Part shown: positions 1 through 24,510 of the stretch, one piece after another
Numbering within the stretch: position 1 is the stretch's first letter
Layout of the letters: the number at the start of each line of letters is the position of its first letter
Source: Macrostomum lignano
Taxonomy: Eukaryota
Direction of reading: 5' to 3'
DNA length: 64,000 nt
Assembly: GCA_002269645.1 (NCBI GenBank)
Contig: NIVC01000555.1
Coordinates: 121,938 to 185,937, forward strand
Notes under the pieces: generated by a model
Told to the model about the DNA's origin: nothing
Database searches by the model: none
The model's input: the letters and a program-made list of their open reading frames with translations, nothing else
Program-made: the position numbers and the translations under genes

Positions 1-10251
<10,251 letters not shown>

Positions 10252-10842
10252 GTCGCCAAACTGACTCAATGCAATTTTTAAAATTCCAAAAGGATTTTGG
10301 AAAACAAAACAATTTAATTCGGGTTTTAAAAAGCGCTTTGCTTTCACAACTCTGAAGAATAACTTAAAGCATGATTTTATAGAAACAGAAAACAGAAAAA
10401 AGTAAAAGTTTTCGGCTGGCACTGAAGAGATAACAGAAGTGGCAAGCAGCGATCATGAGACCACCTGCTGGGCTGCCCGCTGTTGATAAGACCTCTGCAC
10501 CAGCTGCAGAAACCCTGGCACTCACCTGATAAAAGCCCTCCAATTTTTTATTAATCATAAGCCCAGGTATCAGAAGGCATTTTGGATTTTCTTTAAAACA
10601 CCAACGTTGAACGAGGGTTCACAAACGGGTCGCATGAACTCCAGATTATAAAAATTGTACAGCTTGTCTGTTTGATAATTATTAATAAGAATTTATTCAA
10701 CTGAAACAGGATTCAAAGTTAAATTGGATTTTAAGTTCGGATTCATAAAATGAGACTGAAATAAGCAGAAATATTCTACTGCAAGTAGACGCATTAAAAC
10801 AAAGTTTATTTTGGCAGACAACTGCTAAGCAAGACAGTTTAG

Positions 10843-13800
10843 AATTATCAATAAACAGTATAGCACCACTAATAAACAGTTTAGCGTCATCAATAAACAA
10901 TTCAGTTCCACCAATAAACAATTCAGCTCCACCAATAAACAATTCAGCTCCACCAATAAACAATTCAGTTCCACCAATAAACAATTTAGCTCCAGTAATA
11001 AACAGTTTAGCTCCACCAATAAACAATTTAGCTCCACCAATAAACAATTTAGCTCCACCAATAAACAATTCAGCTCCACCAATAAACAATTTAGCTCCAC
11101 TAATAAACAGTTTAGCTCCACCAATAAACAATTTAGCTCGACCAATAAACAGTTTAGCTCCACCAATAAACATTTTAGCGCCATCAATAAACAGTTTAAC
11201 TCCATTAATAAACAGTTTTGCATCATGGATAAACAGTTTATTTCTTATCAATAAGCAGGTTGCCTCTATAAATAAACAATTTTTCTCTATCAATAAACAG
11301 TTTAGCTCCACCAATAAACTGTTAAGCTCCATCAATAAACAGTTTAGCGCCATCAATAAACAGTTTATCGCCATCAATAAACAGTTAAGCGTCATCAATA
11401 AACAGTTTAGCGCCATCAATATACAGTTAAGCGTCATCAATAAACAGTTTAGCGTCATCAATAAACAGTTAAGCGTCATCAATAAACAGTTAAGCGTCAT
11501 CAATAAACAGTTTAGCGCCATCAATAAAAAGTTTAGCGTCATCAATAAACAGTTAAGCCCCATCAATAAACAGTTTTGCGTCATCAATAAACAATTCAGT
11601 TCCACCAATAAACAATTTAGCTCCACCAATAAACAATTCAGCTCCACCAATAAACAATTCAGCTCCACCAATAAACAATTTAGCTCCACTAATAAACAGT
11701 TTAGCTCCACCAATAAACAATTTAGCTCGACCAATAAACAGTTTAGCTCCACCAATAAACATTTTAGCGCCATCAATAAACAGTTTAACTCCATTAATAA
11801 ACAGTTTTGCATCATGGATAAACAGTTTATTTCTTATCAATAAGCAGGTTGCCTCTATAAATAAACAATTTTTCTCTATCAATAAACAGTTTAGCTCCAC
11901 CAATAAACTGTTAAGCTCCATCAATAAACAGTTTAGCGCCATCAATAAACAGTTTATCGCCATCAATAAACAGTTAAGCGTCATCAATAAACAGTTTAGC
12001 GCCATCAATATACAGTTAAGCGTCATCAATAAACAGTTTAGCGCCATCAATAAACAGTATAGCGTCATCAATAAACAGTATAGCGTCATCAATAAACAGT
12101 TGAGCGTCATCAATAAACAGTTAAGCGTCATCAATAAACAGTTTAGCGCCATCAATAAACAGTTTAGCGTCATCAATAAACAGTTAAGCGCCATCAATAA
12201 ACAGTTTAGCGTCATCAATAAACAGTTTAGCGTCATCAATAAACAGTTTAGCGCCATCAATAAACAGTTTATCGCCATCAATAAACAGTTAGGCGTCATC
12301 AATAAACAGTTTAGCGCCATCAATAAACTGTTAAGCTCCATCAATAAACAGTTTAGCGCCATCAATAAACAGTTTATCGCCATCAATAAACAGTTAAGCG
12401 TCATCAATAAACAGTTTAGCGCCATCAATATACAGTTAAGCGTCATCAATAAACAGTTTAGCGCCATCAATAAACAGTATAGCGTCATCAATAAACAGTA
12501 TAGCGTCATCAATAAACAGTTGAGCGTCATCAATAAACAGTTAAGCGTCATCAATAAACAGTTTAGCGCCATCAATAAACAGTTTAGCGTCATCAATAAA
12601 CAGTTAAGCGCCATCAATAAACAGTTTAGCGTCATCAATAAACAGTTTAGCGTCATCAATAAACAGTTTAGCGCCATCAATAAACAGTTTATCGCCATCA
12701 ATAAACAGTTAGGCGTCATCAATAAACAGTTTAGCGCCATCAATAAACAGTTAAGCGCCATCAATAAACAGTTTAGCGTCATCAATAAACAGTTTATCGC
12801 CATCAATAAACAGTATAGCGTCATCAATAAACAGTTGAGCGTCATCAATAAACAGTTAAGCGTCATCAATAAACAGTTTAGCGCCATCAATAAACAGTTT
12901 AGCGTCATCAAAAAAAAAAGTTAAGCGCCATCAATAAACAGTTTAGCGTCATCAATATACAGTTAAGCGTCATCAATAAACAGTTTAGCGCCATCAATAA
13001 ACAGTTTAGCGTCATCAATAAACAGTTAAGCGCCATCAATAAACAGTTTAGCGTCATCAATAAACAGTTTAGCGTCATCAATAAACAGTTAAGCGTCATC
13101 AATAAACAGTTTAGCGCCATCAATAAACAGTTTAGCGTCATCAATAAACAGTTAAGCGCCATCAATAAACAGTTTATCGCCATCAATAAACAGTTTAGCG
13201 TCATCAATAAACAGTTTAGCGCCATCAATAAACAGTTTAGCGTCATCAATAAACAGTTTAGCGTCATCAATAAACAGTTTAGCGTCATCAATAAACAGTT
13301 AAGCGCCATCAATAAACAGTTTATCGCCATCAATAAACAGTTTAGCGTCATCAATAAACAGTTTAGCGCCATCAATAAACAGTTTAGCGTCATCAATAAA
13401 CAGTTTAGCGTCATCAATAAACAGTTTAGCGTCATCAATAAACAGTTAAGCGCCATCAATAAACAGTTTATCGCCATCAATAAACAGTTAGGCGCCATCA
13501 ATAAACTGTTTATCGCCATCAATAAACAGTTAAGCGTCATCAATAAACAGTTTAGCTCCACCAATAAACAATTTAGCTTGACCAATAAACAGTTTAGCTC
13601 CACCAATAAACATTTTAGCGCCATCAATAAACAGTTTAACTCCATTAATAAACAGTTTTGCATCATGGATAAACAGTTTATTTCTTATCAATAAGCAGGT
13701 TGCCTCTATAAATAAACAATTTTTCTCTATCAATAAACAGTTTAGCTCCACCAATAAACTGTTAAGCTCCATCAATAAACAGTTTAGCGCCATCAATAAA

Positions 13801-16314
13801 CAGTTTATCGCCATCAATAAACAGTTAAGCGTCATCAATAAACAGTTTAGCGCCATCAATATACAGTTAAGCGTCATCAATAAACAGTTTAGCGCCATCA
13901 ATAAACAGTATAGCGTCATCAATAAACAGTATAGCGTCATCAATAAACAGTTGAGCGTCATCAATAAACAGTTAAGCGTCATCAATAAACAGTTTAGCGC
14001 CATCAATAAACAGTTTAGCGTCATCAATAAACAGTTAAGCGCCATCAATAAACAGTTTAGCGTCATCAATAAACAGTTAAGCGTCATCAATAAACAGTTT
14101 AGCGCCATCAATAAACAGTTTATCGCCATCAATAAACAGTTAGGCGTCATCAATAAACAGTTTAGCGCCATCAATAAACAATATAGCGTCATCAATAAAC
14201 AGTTAAGCGCCATCAATAAACAGTATAGCGTCATCAATAAACTGTTGAGCGTCATCAATAAACAGTTAAGCGTCATCAATAAACAGTTTAGCGCCATCAA
14301 TAAACAGTTTAGCGTCATCAATAAACAGTTAAGCGCCATCAATAAACAGTTTAGCGTCATCAATAAACAGTTTAGCGTCATCAATAAACAGTTTAGCGCC
14401 ATCAATAAACAGTTTATCGCCATCAATAAACAGTATAGCGTCATCAATAAACAGTTGAGCGTCATCAATAAACAGTTAAGCGTCATCAATAAACAGTTTA
14501 GCGCCATCAATAAACAGTTTAGCGTCATCAATAAACAGTTAAGCGCCATCAATAAACAGTTTAGCGTCATCAATAAACAGTTTAGCGTCATCAATAAACA
14601 GTTAAGCGTCATCAATAAACAGTTTAGCGCCATCAATAAACAGTATAGCGTCATCAATAAACAGTATAGCGTCATCAATAAACAGTTGAGCGTCATCAAT
14701 AAACAGTTAAGCGTCATCAATAAACAGTTTAGCGCCATCAATAAACAGTTTAGCGTCATCAATAAACAGTTAAGCGCCATCAATAAACAGTTTAGCGTCA
14801 TCAATAAACAGTTTAGCGTCATTAATAAACAGTTTAGCGCCATCAATAAACAGTTTATCGCCATCAATAAACAGTTAGGCGTCATCAATAAACAGTTTAG
14901 CGCCATCAATAAACAGTATAGCGTCATCAATAAACAGTTAAGCGCCATCAATAAACAGTATAGCGTCATCAATAAACTGTTGAGCGTCATCAATAAACAG
15001 TTAAGCGTCATCAATAAACAGTTTAGCGCCATCAATAAACAGTTTAGCGTCATCAATAAACAGTTAAGCGCCATCAATAAACAGTTTAGCGTCATCAATA
15101 AACAGTTTAGCGTCATCAATAAACAGTTTAGCGCCATCAATAAACAGTTTATCGCCATCAATAAACAGTATAGCGTCATCAATAAACAGTTGAGCGTCAT
15201 CAATAAACAGTTAAGCGTCATCAATAAACAGTTTAGCGCCATCAATAAACAGTTTAGCGTCATCAATAAACAGTTAAGCGCCATCAATAAACAGTTTAGC
15301 GTCATCAATAAACAGTTTAGCGTCATCAATAAACAGTTAAGCGTCATCAATAAACAGTTTAGCGCCATCAATAAACAGTATAGCGTCATCAATAAACAGT
15401 ATAGCGTCATCAATAAACAGTTGAGCGTCATCAATAAACAGTTAAGCGTCATCAATAAACAGTTTAGCGCCATCAATAAACAGTTTAGCGTCATCAATAA
15501 ACAGTTAAGCGCCATCAATAAACAGTTTAGCGTCATCAATAAACAGTTTAGCGTCATTAATAAACAGTTTAGCGCCATCAATAAACAGTTTATCGCCATC
15601 AATAAACAGTTTAGCGTCATCAATAAACAGTTTAGCGCCATCAATAAACAGTTTAGCGTCATCAATAAACAGTTAAGCGCCATCAATATACAGTTTAGCG
15701 TCATCAATAAACAGTTTAGCGTCATCAATAAACAGTTTAGCGTCATCAATAAACAGTTAAGCGCCATCAATAAACAGTTTAGCGTCATCAATAAACAGTT
15801 AGGCGCCATCAATAAACAGTTTATCGCCATCAATAAACAGTTAAGCGTCATCAATAAACAGTTTAGCGCCATCAATATACAGTTAAGCGTCATCAATAAA
15901 CAGTTTAGCGCCATCAATAAACAGTATAGCGTCATCAATAAACAGTATAGCGTCATCAATAAACAGTTGAGCGTCATCAATAAACAGTTAAGCGTAATCA
16001 ATAAACAGTTTAGTGCCATCAATAAACAGTTTAGCGTCATCAATAAACAGTTAAGCGCCATCAATAAACAGTTTAGCGCCATCAATAAACAGTTAAGCGT
16101 CATCAATAAACAGTATAGCGCCATCAATCAACAGTTTAGCGCCATCAATAAACAGTTTAGCGTCATCAATAAACAGTTTAGCGTCATCAATAAACAGTTA
16201 AGCGCCATCAATAAACAGTTTAGCGCCATCAATAAACAGTTTAGCGCCATCAATAAACAGTTTAGCGTCATCAATAAACAGTTAAGCGCCATCAATAAAC
16301 AGTTTAGCGCCATC
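10843..16314. repeat. 21-bp satellite array (atcaataaacagtttagcgcc), about 260 units, with higher-order duplications
   Basis: Tandem 21-mers; a diverged block containing catcatggat recurs at 11221, 11810 and 13661. Confidence 0.97.
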
Positions 16315-16943
16315 CATGCCCAGATGCTCCGTTGAGCGCCATGATCGATTCTGGAACAAAATTGCAAGCATTTCAGCTGCGTGCACATTGCTCATCACCC
16401 CAGGGTAAACAGCGGACTTATCCGGGTAATTATGGCATATTAGACTCATATTTGCCAACAGACTTTGCACTCTATTGGCAAATCAAGTTAGCAGTCGCAC
16501 AGGCACAGATGGCTTAGCAGATGCCAATTACTTTCGCTAGATTCCTCTGCAAGAGATAGCTGAAAGCTTGTGGCTGCTAATTCTTTGAGACCCTATTTGT
16601 GGGGAGGCTGGTATGCCCGAGAGTCAAGTGCCCCCTGGACCAGCGGCTTAACACATTTACGTGGGGCGGGAGTGTAACGAACTAACGAAATAAAAAAGCA
16701 CGCGTAAGGGGGGCACTCGAATTCTCGATTTTATTTGTCCACCTGCCTCTCGTGCCCGGCTCAACACCCTCGCGCTGAGATTCGCACCTCACGCGTCGAA
16801 TTTCGGTTCGGAAAGTCTCGCTCACGTGGCCCTCCAAAAATGGCTTTCCATTTCTTCAGAGTCTGGAATCTTTTTCATTTATTTAAAGTTAAGCACTATC
16901 TTTTGTCAGACCTCGTCTCAGGGCAATTTATGTCTCTTAACCT

Positions 16944-17595
16944 CACTCCCTGTCTCTCTCCCTGTCTCTCTCCCTGTCTCTCTCCCTGTCTCTCTCCCTG
17001 TCTCTCTCCCTGTCTCTCTCCCTGTCTCTCTCCCTGTCTCTCTCCCTGTCTCTCTCCCTGTCTCTCTCCCTGTCTCTCTCCCTGTCTCTCTCCTTGTCTT
17101 TCTCCCTGTCTCTCTCCCTCTCTCTCCCTGTCTCTCTCCCTGTCTCTCTCCCTGTCTCTCTCCCTGTCTCTCTCCCTGTCTCTCTCCTTGTCTTTCTCCC
17201 TGTCTCTCTCCCTCTCTCTCCCTGTCTCTCTCTCTGTCTCTCTCCCTGTCTCTCTCCCTGTCTCTCTCCCTGTCTCTCTCCCTGTCTCTCTCCCTGTCTC
17301 TCTCCCTGTCTCTCTCCCTGTCTCTCTCCCTGTCTCTCTCCCTGTCTCTCTCCCTGTCTCTCTCCCTGTCTCTCTCCCTGTCTCCCTCTCTGCCTGTCTC
17401 TCTCCCTGTCTCTCTCCCTGTCTCTCTCTCTGCCTGTCTCTCTCCCTGTCTCTCTCCCTGTCTCTTTCCCTGTCTCTCTCCCTGTCTCTCTCCCTGTCTC
17501 TCTCCCTGTCTCCCTCTCTGCCTGTCTCTCTCCCTGTCTCTCTCCCTGCCTCTCTCCCTGTCTCTCTCCCTGTCTCTCTCCCTGTCTCTCTTTTT
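16944..17595. repeat. 10-bp polypyrimidine repeat (ctctccctgt)n
   Basis: Direct reading. Confidence 0.96.
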
Positions 17596-18489
17596 CTATC
17601 ACAATATATCATCTGACTTGTGCCCAATAAAAATATGATGCCCAAGACAAATTCAGAGACCAGCATGATTCATTTTTCGCCTACAGGGTCGCGAGGGCCA
17701 CCAGATGGAGGACCATCCGGGTTTTTGATCGGCTCCCATCGCCTCCTTTCCTCCTCTTATCCCCATCGAGGGGAATTCGACACCGGAGGGCGATCCTGGA
17801 CCCGCCCAGCGCTAGCCGCATCCCGATTTTGAGAACCTGAGGCGGTGTGGAAGCCAAGTCAAGCGTCTCCTCGGTGGGGGGGGGGGTCCGAAGCCCTCAT
17901 CCAGCACCCCCACCCGCGGGAGGAGGAGGGGGCGGACGAAGACACGCGCGGGTTCCCCGTATTGAGGAAGAAAGCCCGAGATCTTCGATATCGCGGTTCT
18001 CGAGGAGGCTGAGCTTTAGTAGCGCTCTGAGATGAGGCATGAAGGCCCATGGCAGAGTAATATTGTAGTGACGCAATGGCTGCAACTCAAGCGGAATAAC
18101 TGCCCATGGCTGAGCTAAAATCCCCCTGTTATTACAGGCTTAGAGACCCGCGGCTGCCAGGCCTCTGTGCGCTCACTGCGATACCCCCTGGCTTGCCCCC
18201 ATCTGCTTTTTTCTCCTTTTTTCTAAGTAAATCAAAGCAGAAGTTTATTCTCTATTCTACGAAATCGTAAAGATTTCTCAAACAGTGCGGACTGGAGCCG
18301 AGCCTGTGTTCACCTAGAATTGATTACAGGTTTCGCTGGGAAGCACTGAGACATATCTCTGATGCCTATAAACGAGTATCTATATTGTGACGCGATTCAT
18401 GTTCATATTTCTTATACCAGTATCTGTCTGCTTTGATTGCATCTTTAATGCTGGGTCTCTTTAATCTTTTGCGGCATGCCTTCCCTCCT

Positions 18490-18742
18490 CATATTCTCTC
18501 CCTGTCTCTGTTGCCTCTCATCCTCTCTCAACATCTCCAGTCTCCTCTCTCCATCTCCTCTCTCCATCTCCTCATTTCTCCCCATTTCTTCCCATCTCTC
18601 CCCATCTCTCCTCAACTCTCCCCATCTCTAACCATCTCCTCTCCCCATCTCTCCCCATCTCTCCCCATCTCTCCCCATCTCTCCCCATCTCTCCCCATCT
18701 CTCCCCATCTCTCCCCATCTCTCCCCATCTCTCCCCGTCTCT
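18490..18742. repeat. 10-bp repeat (ctccccatct)n
   Basis: Direct reading. Confidence 0.9.
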
Positions 18743-19469
18743 GCCATACCACAGGCCCCGCATATTGTTAAACATGAAATCAAAATCCTGCCTCAGCAGT
18801 CACCTGACCTGAGCGAACCAATTTCCCCATGCATGAAACAAATGCATTAACCATTTAGCAACCAAAATTAGCGACCTTATCAACAATGAATTTCGACAAT
18901 TATCACCGATATTACGCATGCGATGTAGAAAATCACACAATTTCATAATTCGCATCTGTGCACCGTATGTGGAATTTCTTAGCGCCAGAAAATTGCTTCG
19001 CAGATTAAAAAAAACTGAAAGATTTCTATTAATTTTCTTAAAGTGAATGCAGTTCGATTTCACAGAATTTGGTTGCTATGCTCAATATAGGAGACTCGGC
19101 AGATGGTTTTCATGCTTCGCGCCAAAATTGGCCAAAATGCAACTCTCGGAAAATTATCCAGCTGTGACGTCGATTTAACTTCTGTCGAAAGAATTATAAT
19201 AATTGCTTTATTACTATAGGGATAGGGACACTCGCTGAGCTTGATAGTGCTCATATGCTATTAGTGCAAGCTGTTGGCGAGAAAAGGCAGAGTGAAATGA
19301 GGATATTTAATGACTTCATAATCGTAAGGGGATTTGAAAGTTTTGCAAGATGCTTAAGCATGCTTATATAAAATAATGGCATATGACGACAAACGATATT
19401 TAATTTGGGAGCCTCTATCAACGAATTAAAGAATTAGGCCTTGTAAAGTGATAAGATAAGAAAGATGAG

Positions 19470-19670
19470 CAGGTAGGAGATTCACAGATAAACAGGTAAG
19501 AAATAGCAGGTAGGACAGGTAAAATAAATATACCTGAAAAGATAAGAACAGGTAGGAGATAAGAACAGGTAAGCGACAGGACAGATAAGAGATAAAGACA
19601 GGTAAGCGACAGGACAGGTAAGAGATAAAGACAGGTAAGCGACAGGACAGGTAAGAGATAAAGACAGGTA
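19470..19670. repeat. Short 33-bp tandem repeat (caggtaagcgacaggacaggtaagagataaaga)
   Basis: About 3 good units plus degenerate flanks. Confidence 0.8.
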
Positions 19671-20534
19671 TTGAGGAATAAATCAATATTAAATCCCTAA
19701 AGACGAATCCTGGAAATAAAGAAAACGGTTTTTCATTTCGCAGATATTTCCCGGTGCAAAGAACAGCCTCTTAAACACGTTCGCTCCAGCATATATCAAG
19801 GTGAGATTAGATCGACTTGTACAGCTGGTATAGTCTTGCTCATGTTGATTGATTTATACCCGATAAGGTAATTAATGAGCCTATATATCCGAAAATATGG
19901 AAGCATAGAATTTGAGAATTAAGATTCGAATTTCGAGTTTGTCTTAACAAAAGCCCGTATATAAAACAGCCTTGGGATGCGTGGAGGGGATCCGCAGTTT
20001 ATAGGGTGTGCGATGAAGATCTACAGGCATCCACGTGCGCAATAGAAAAAGCGGACTGAAAGGAACCGAGAAGAATTGATGCGGCAACACTTTAACCTGC
20101 ATGCTTTTGTCTTCAAAGGAAGCGACTTCGATCGAAGGAAGCGACAAGACAAATTGAGCTAATACGGGGGGTTGGAAGCCTAAGGATTTTCCAAGAATCA
20201 ACCTGCATGTCTGAGAGGCATTCAATTAAGACTTGATGTGTGGGCGCGGCACGCGTGTCACGCCTTTATAGAATTATAGAGTCACAAAATTGAGTTTAAA
20301 TAATATACCTGCATGCAGCTAGGATGGTGCCTGTCGAAATTTCCAGTTTTTTTATCAATGCCTATACGCATGTTATAAGCTGAGCACGAGCAGGTGTTTT
20401 GTAGGAGTCTTGATCCTTATCTACGGGGAAGACAGCTGCGAGGTGCAAGGCGCATCACTTTAACCTCCGAAAGGGTAAAAAGCTAGGTTGTCAGAACGAG
20501 GCTCAAATCAATATCAGAGGTTTAAGGATATATC

Positions 20535-20890
20535 AGAACTATATGGTATATCTGGGATTGCTATGAGATTTTTGAGATCCTCAGGGATTGCTATGGGATA
20601 TCTGGGATCGTCAGGGATAACTATGGTATATCTGGGATTGCTATGAGATTTTTGAGATCCTCGGGGATTGCTATGGGATATCTTGGAGCGTCAGGAATTG
20701 CTATGGGATATCTGGGATCATCAGGGATTGCTATGGGATATCTGGGATCGTCAGGGATTGCTATGGGATTTCAGCTGGGGATCGTCAAGGATTGCTATGG
20801 GATATCAGGGATCTTCAGGTTTTGCTATGGCATATCTGAGGATCGTGGGAGATTTGTTTGATATTCATCTGAGGATGTTCAGGGATTGGT
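20535..20890. repeat. 30-bp minisatellite (ggattgctatgggatatctgggatcgtcag)
   Basis: About 11 diverged units. Confidence 0.88.
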
Positions 20891-21615
20891 AGGGGATTGG
20901 GATCTTCTCTAATCATGAATAGTTTGGGTATCAAAAATCAAAATCCAATATCTGTGAATCTGCAGGGATTCGCTAAGGTTATCGGGTCAAAAACTTTTCA
21001 ACGATCTATCTATCAACCATCCATTGCATCTCATTGATGCACACTTAACCTTAGCTTAGAATATAGGAGTAGTGCCCGCATTATTTAAGAACCGTTTTCA
21101 CCCTGATGTACAAAATAATCACTTTTTATTAATTATTCACTCAAGTACACTCAAGTCAATTAACTTGCAATTAAAAAATGGTCTTGGCAGACACGCGCGC
21201 CACGCACGCGACAGCCCTAACTCCACTCCACTCATCGCAAGCACATTATCGTGCCCCACCCCCGGCTCTGATTGGCTGGCTGAGGGCAGTGGCGTTGGTT
21301 GAACAAGCCGACCGTTTTTGGGGTGGTGGGTGTGCCAGTGTGGGCACGACGGGGGTCCGATGCGAGAAAAGTCCTCCTGGAGGGGGTTTGTGCGAAGGAG
21401 TGATTTTCATTGGGCCGGCGGGGTCTGGGGGGTTGGTTTGCCAGTTCCACCAGGGCTTAAAACCAGGCCCGCACGCGACCAACTGACTGACAACTGACCC
21501 CCCACTGATAAAGTCAAACAGCAGTCTTATAAACTACTACATATTATTATAGAAGCTTTTAATTCTGCTCTTAGAATTTTTAATCCGACGATTATTCGTT
21601 CAGCAAGCCCACACA

Positions 21616-23049
21616 ATGTGCAGCCGCATTGCTGGAGATCGTCCGCTTGGCTTTCGCGTCTCGCCAAGCTCCGTTAGAAGCATTGCTTCTAGTAGCAATA
21701 GCAGCAATTTTTCATCTGCCAGCAAGCTGACTGCTCTATTGTTTCCAAGGCGTCTTCAGCGAAGAAGTAGCGGCGGCTGCGAAGTCTCGTCATCCGATGG
21801 CGGCGGTAGTTGCAGCAATAGTAGCGGCTTCCATTTCGGCAGGGCGCTGCGTGACCAGCCGCAGACGGTGGTGGCCGGATTTGGCCCGGTGCCAAGCCTG
21901 CTGGCCGCCAGCTGCCGCTTCCTGTCCTCGGAGGCGGCGCAGTCAGCCGAGGGCCTGTTCCGGGTGGAGGGCGCCCGGCCGCGGCTGCTGCTGCTGCGCG
22001 CCAGGCTGGACGCCGACCGGAGCTGCGACATCCCGGCTGACACGCCGCCGCAGGACGTTTGTTCCACGTTGAAGGCCTGGCTAAGGCAGCTGCCGCGCCC
22101 GCTGCTGCCGGCTGCAACCGCCGAGGCTTTGGCCGGCGCTGCGAACTCGGCTCGAGAAGACCGCGACGGCGACGCTCAGCAGCGACTGTCGGCCCTCAGG
22201 GCGGTGGCGGCGGCGAATCTCGGCGGCGACGGCGGCTGCCGGGCCAGAGCGCTGCGCCTGCTGTGCCTGCTGCTGCACCGGCTGGCCGCTGCTGGTTTCC
22301 ATGGCAACCGGATGGACTCGGCCAGTCTGGCCACCTGCCTCGGGCCCTGCCTGTACGGCGCAGCGACTGCCGACTCTGCCGAGACCGCCGCTCGTCTCAA
22401 CCGCGGCGTCGCCCTCCTCATCCGTTCCGCCCCGGACATCCCGGATGCAGCTGCCGCCGTCGACGATGACAGTCCAGTCCCTGATCCAACGCCGATCAAG
22501 TCCTTGCAGCCTCTGCAGCACCGAAGGCGAAGTACCGGCAGCGGCGGCGGCAGCGGCGGCTTCCGAGCTGCGGTCAGTCGCGTCGTCTCCCGCCTCAGCC
22601 GCAGTCGCAGCCGCGGTCGCAGCCGCAGCCCGTCAGGAGGATGCAGTCCCGCTGAGGATGCAGTCAGCTCGGCAGTCGTCGCCGAAGTCGCGGCCGCTTG
22701 TCTTCGACGTCGTCGTCATCACCGACTTAGCGCCGGCGGCGGCGGCATTCAATCGACAGTTCTCGACGGCGTCCGTTCGAAATGCGCCCGACGTCGGAGC
22801 AGCTTCGCCAGCTCGCCGCATCCGGACTTTCGGCGGCCGAGGCGACCGCTGCCGACACCGACGCCGCCGCCGCCACCGCCGCCGCCTCCAGCGATGGTGC
22901 CGCTGCTATCTTCGGCAGCCACGATGTCGCTGTCCGCTTCGGCATCGACAGCCTCGTTGTGGCAGCAGCCATCGAGGAGAACAGTGCGAGCCTCCGGTCC
23001 GGTGAAGGCCGTCCGATTGGGCTGTCCGAAAGTGGCCGAACTCAATTGA
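21616..23049 (+). CDS. Intronless RhoGAP-domain protein, 477 aa
   Basis: EGLFRVEG arginine finger (Arg codon 21961), DVCSTLKAWLRQLPRPLL, NRMDSASLATCLGP; low-complexity Ser/Arg/Pro flanks; AATAAA near 23353. Confidence 0.9.
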   Translation: MCSRIAGDRPLGFRVSPSSVRSIASSSNSSNFSSASKLTALLFPRRLQRRSSGGCEVSSSDGGGSCSNSSGFHFGRALRDQPQTVVAGFGPVPSLLAASCRFLSSEAAQSAEGLFRVEGARPRLLLLRARLDADRSCDIPADTPPQDVCSTLKAWLRQLPRPLLPAATAEALAGAANSAREDRDGDAQQRLSALRAVAAANLGGDGGCRARALRLLCLLLHRLAAAGFHGNRMDSASLATCLGPCLYGAATADSAETAARLNRGVALLIRSAPDIPDAAAAVDDDSPVPDPTPIKSLQPLQHRRRSTGSGGGSGGFRAAVSRVVSRLSRSRSRGRSRSPSGGCSPAEDAVSSAVVAEVAAACLRRRRHHRLSAGGGGIQSTVLDGVRSKCARRRSSFASSPHPDFRRPRRPLPTPTPPPPPPPPPAMVPLLSSAATMSLSASASTASLWQQPSRRTVRASGPVKAVRLGCPKVAELN

Positions 23050-23924
23050 GAAGTTTTAATAACTAACAAATTTTGGCTTAATATTTTAATATTCCCATTC
23101 TTTTTACACATGAGAGCCGAAAACATCTGCAGATCTAGCATTGACTAGATGGAGAAGTGTCTTGTAGCAGCAGCAAGTGTCTTGTGTAAATTGTTTCTTG
23201 CTTGCGCCATCTGCAATTTCGAATATCCTCTGTCTGCTCTCAAGCTCAAATTTTCTTCTTCATTATTCATGCTGTTCCTGTTGTTCTTGTACAGATATGA
23301 GATGTATTTAATTGAATTGCTTGGAGATAAATTTGTATACCTGTTTGTATGTAATAAAATTTTATAAATAAAATTTATTTCAATGCGTTTTATTGTTGAT
23401 ATTGTTCATCATAAAATTTCATTCATAAAAAACTTCTTCACAGTTTTTGCTTACTTTATCAAGGATAAAGAAAGACAGAACTACCAAAACGCTACTTATA
23501 GTAGAACGTAGAGCTTTGGAAGTAAAATTTTGGCAAAACAAAGTTGTTGACTTAGAGTTGTTTACCGAGATTTGTTTCGATAACACTTGTTTATTATAGA
23601 AAAGTTTTCACCAACTTGGTTGTTGGAAGCACTCGAGTACGAGTAATAGTGGTTTGAATAAGCATGCATGTAAAAGTAAAACAGTAATTTCATAAAATTA
23701 GAAATAACGCACTTAAAAAACAGACCGTAAACTTGCTGCCGCTGCCCAAAGTAAAAAGTAAAAAAAGCAAAGGAAAGTAAAAATTAGATAAATGGTTCTA
23801 GATATTAGGGATTCACTGGGTACACTTTCTTCTGAACGTGCTAGAATTAGTTCTACGAGACAGGTGGGTAAGGTGGTCCTAAGAGAGTTAGATGGTTCCA
23901 GGTTAGCTGAAGTGTTTACATGGT

Positions 23925-24510
23925 TTCTAGAGTGTTTCCATGAGTACTAGAGTGTTTCCATGAGTACTAGAGTGTTTCCAAGCATTCTAAAATGTTTTCA
24001 TGAGTACTAGAGTGTTTCCATGAGTACTATAGAGTGTTTCCATGAGTACTCCTAGAGTGTTTCCATGAGTACTAGAGTGTTTTCATGAGTACTAGAGTGT
24101 TTCCATGAGTACTAGAGTGTTTCCATGAGTACTAGAGTGTTTTCATGAGTACTAGAGTGGTTCCATGAGTACTAGAGTGTTTCCATGAGTACTAGAGTGT
24201 TTCCATGAGTACTAGAGTGTTTCCATGAGTACTAGAGTGTTTCCATGAGTACTAGAGTGTTTCCATGAGTACTAGAGTGTTTCCATGAGTACCAGAGTGT
24301 TTCCATGAGTACTAGAGTGTTTCCATGAGTACTAGAGTGTTTCCATGAGTACCAGAGTGTTTCCATGAGTACCAGAGTGTTTCCATGAGTACTAGAGTGT
24401 TTCCATGAGTACTAGAGTGTTTCCATGAGTACTAGAGTGTTTCCATGAGTACCAGAGTGTTTCCAAGGATTCTAAAATGTTTTCATGAGTACTAGAGTGG
24501 TTCCAAGAGC
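23925..24510. repeat. 20-bp minisatellite (agtgtttccatgagtactag)
   Basis: About 27 tandem units. Confidence 0.95.

Noticed and set aside
10697-16335. Very long ORFs (up to 865 aa, LNCLLM / INKQFS repeats)
   Set aside because: A 21-bp unit keeps frames open on both strands; no unique coding sequence.
16735-17666. ORFs of SLSPC / RETG / ERQG repeats, and similar CLSV / RQTD ORFs at GACA tracts
   Set aside because: Microsatellite translation artefacts.
17680-18210. GC-rich segment with short ORFs, possibly a retroelement fragment
   Set aside because: No recognisable motif or termini.
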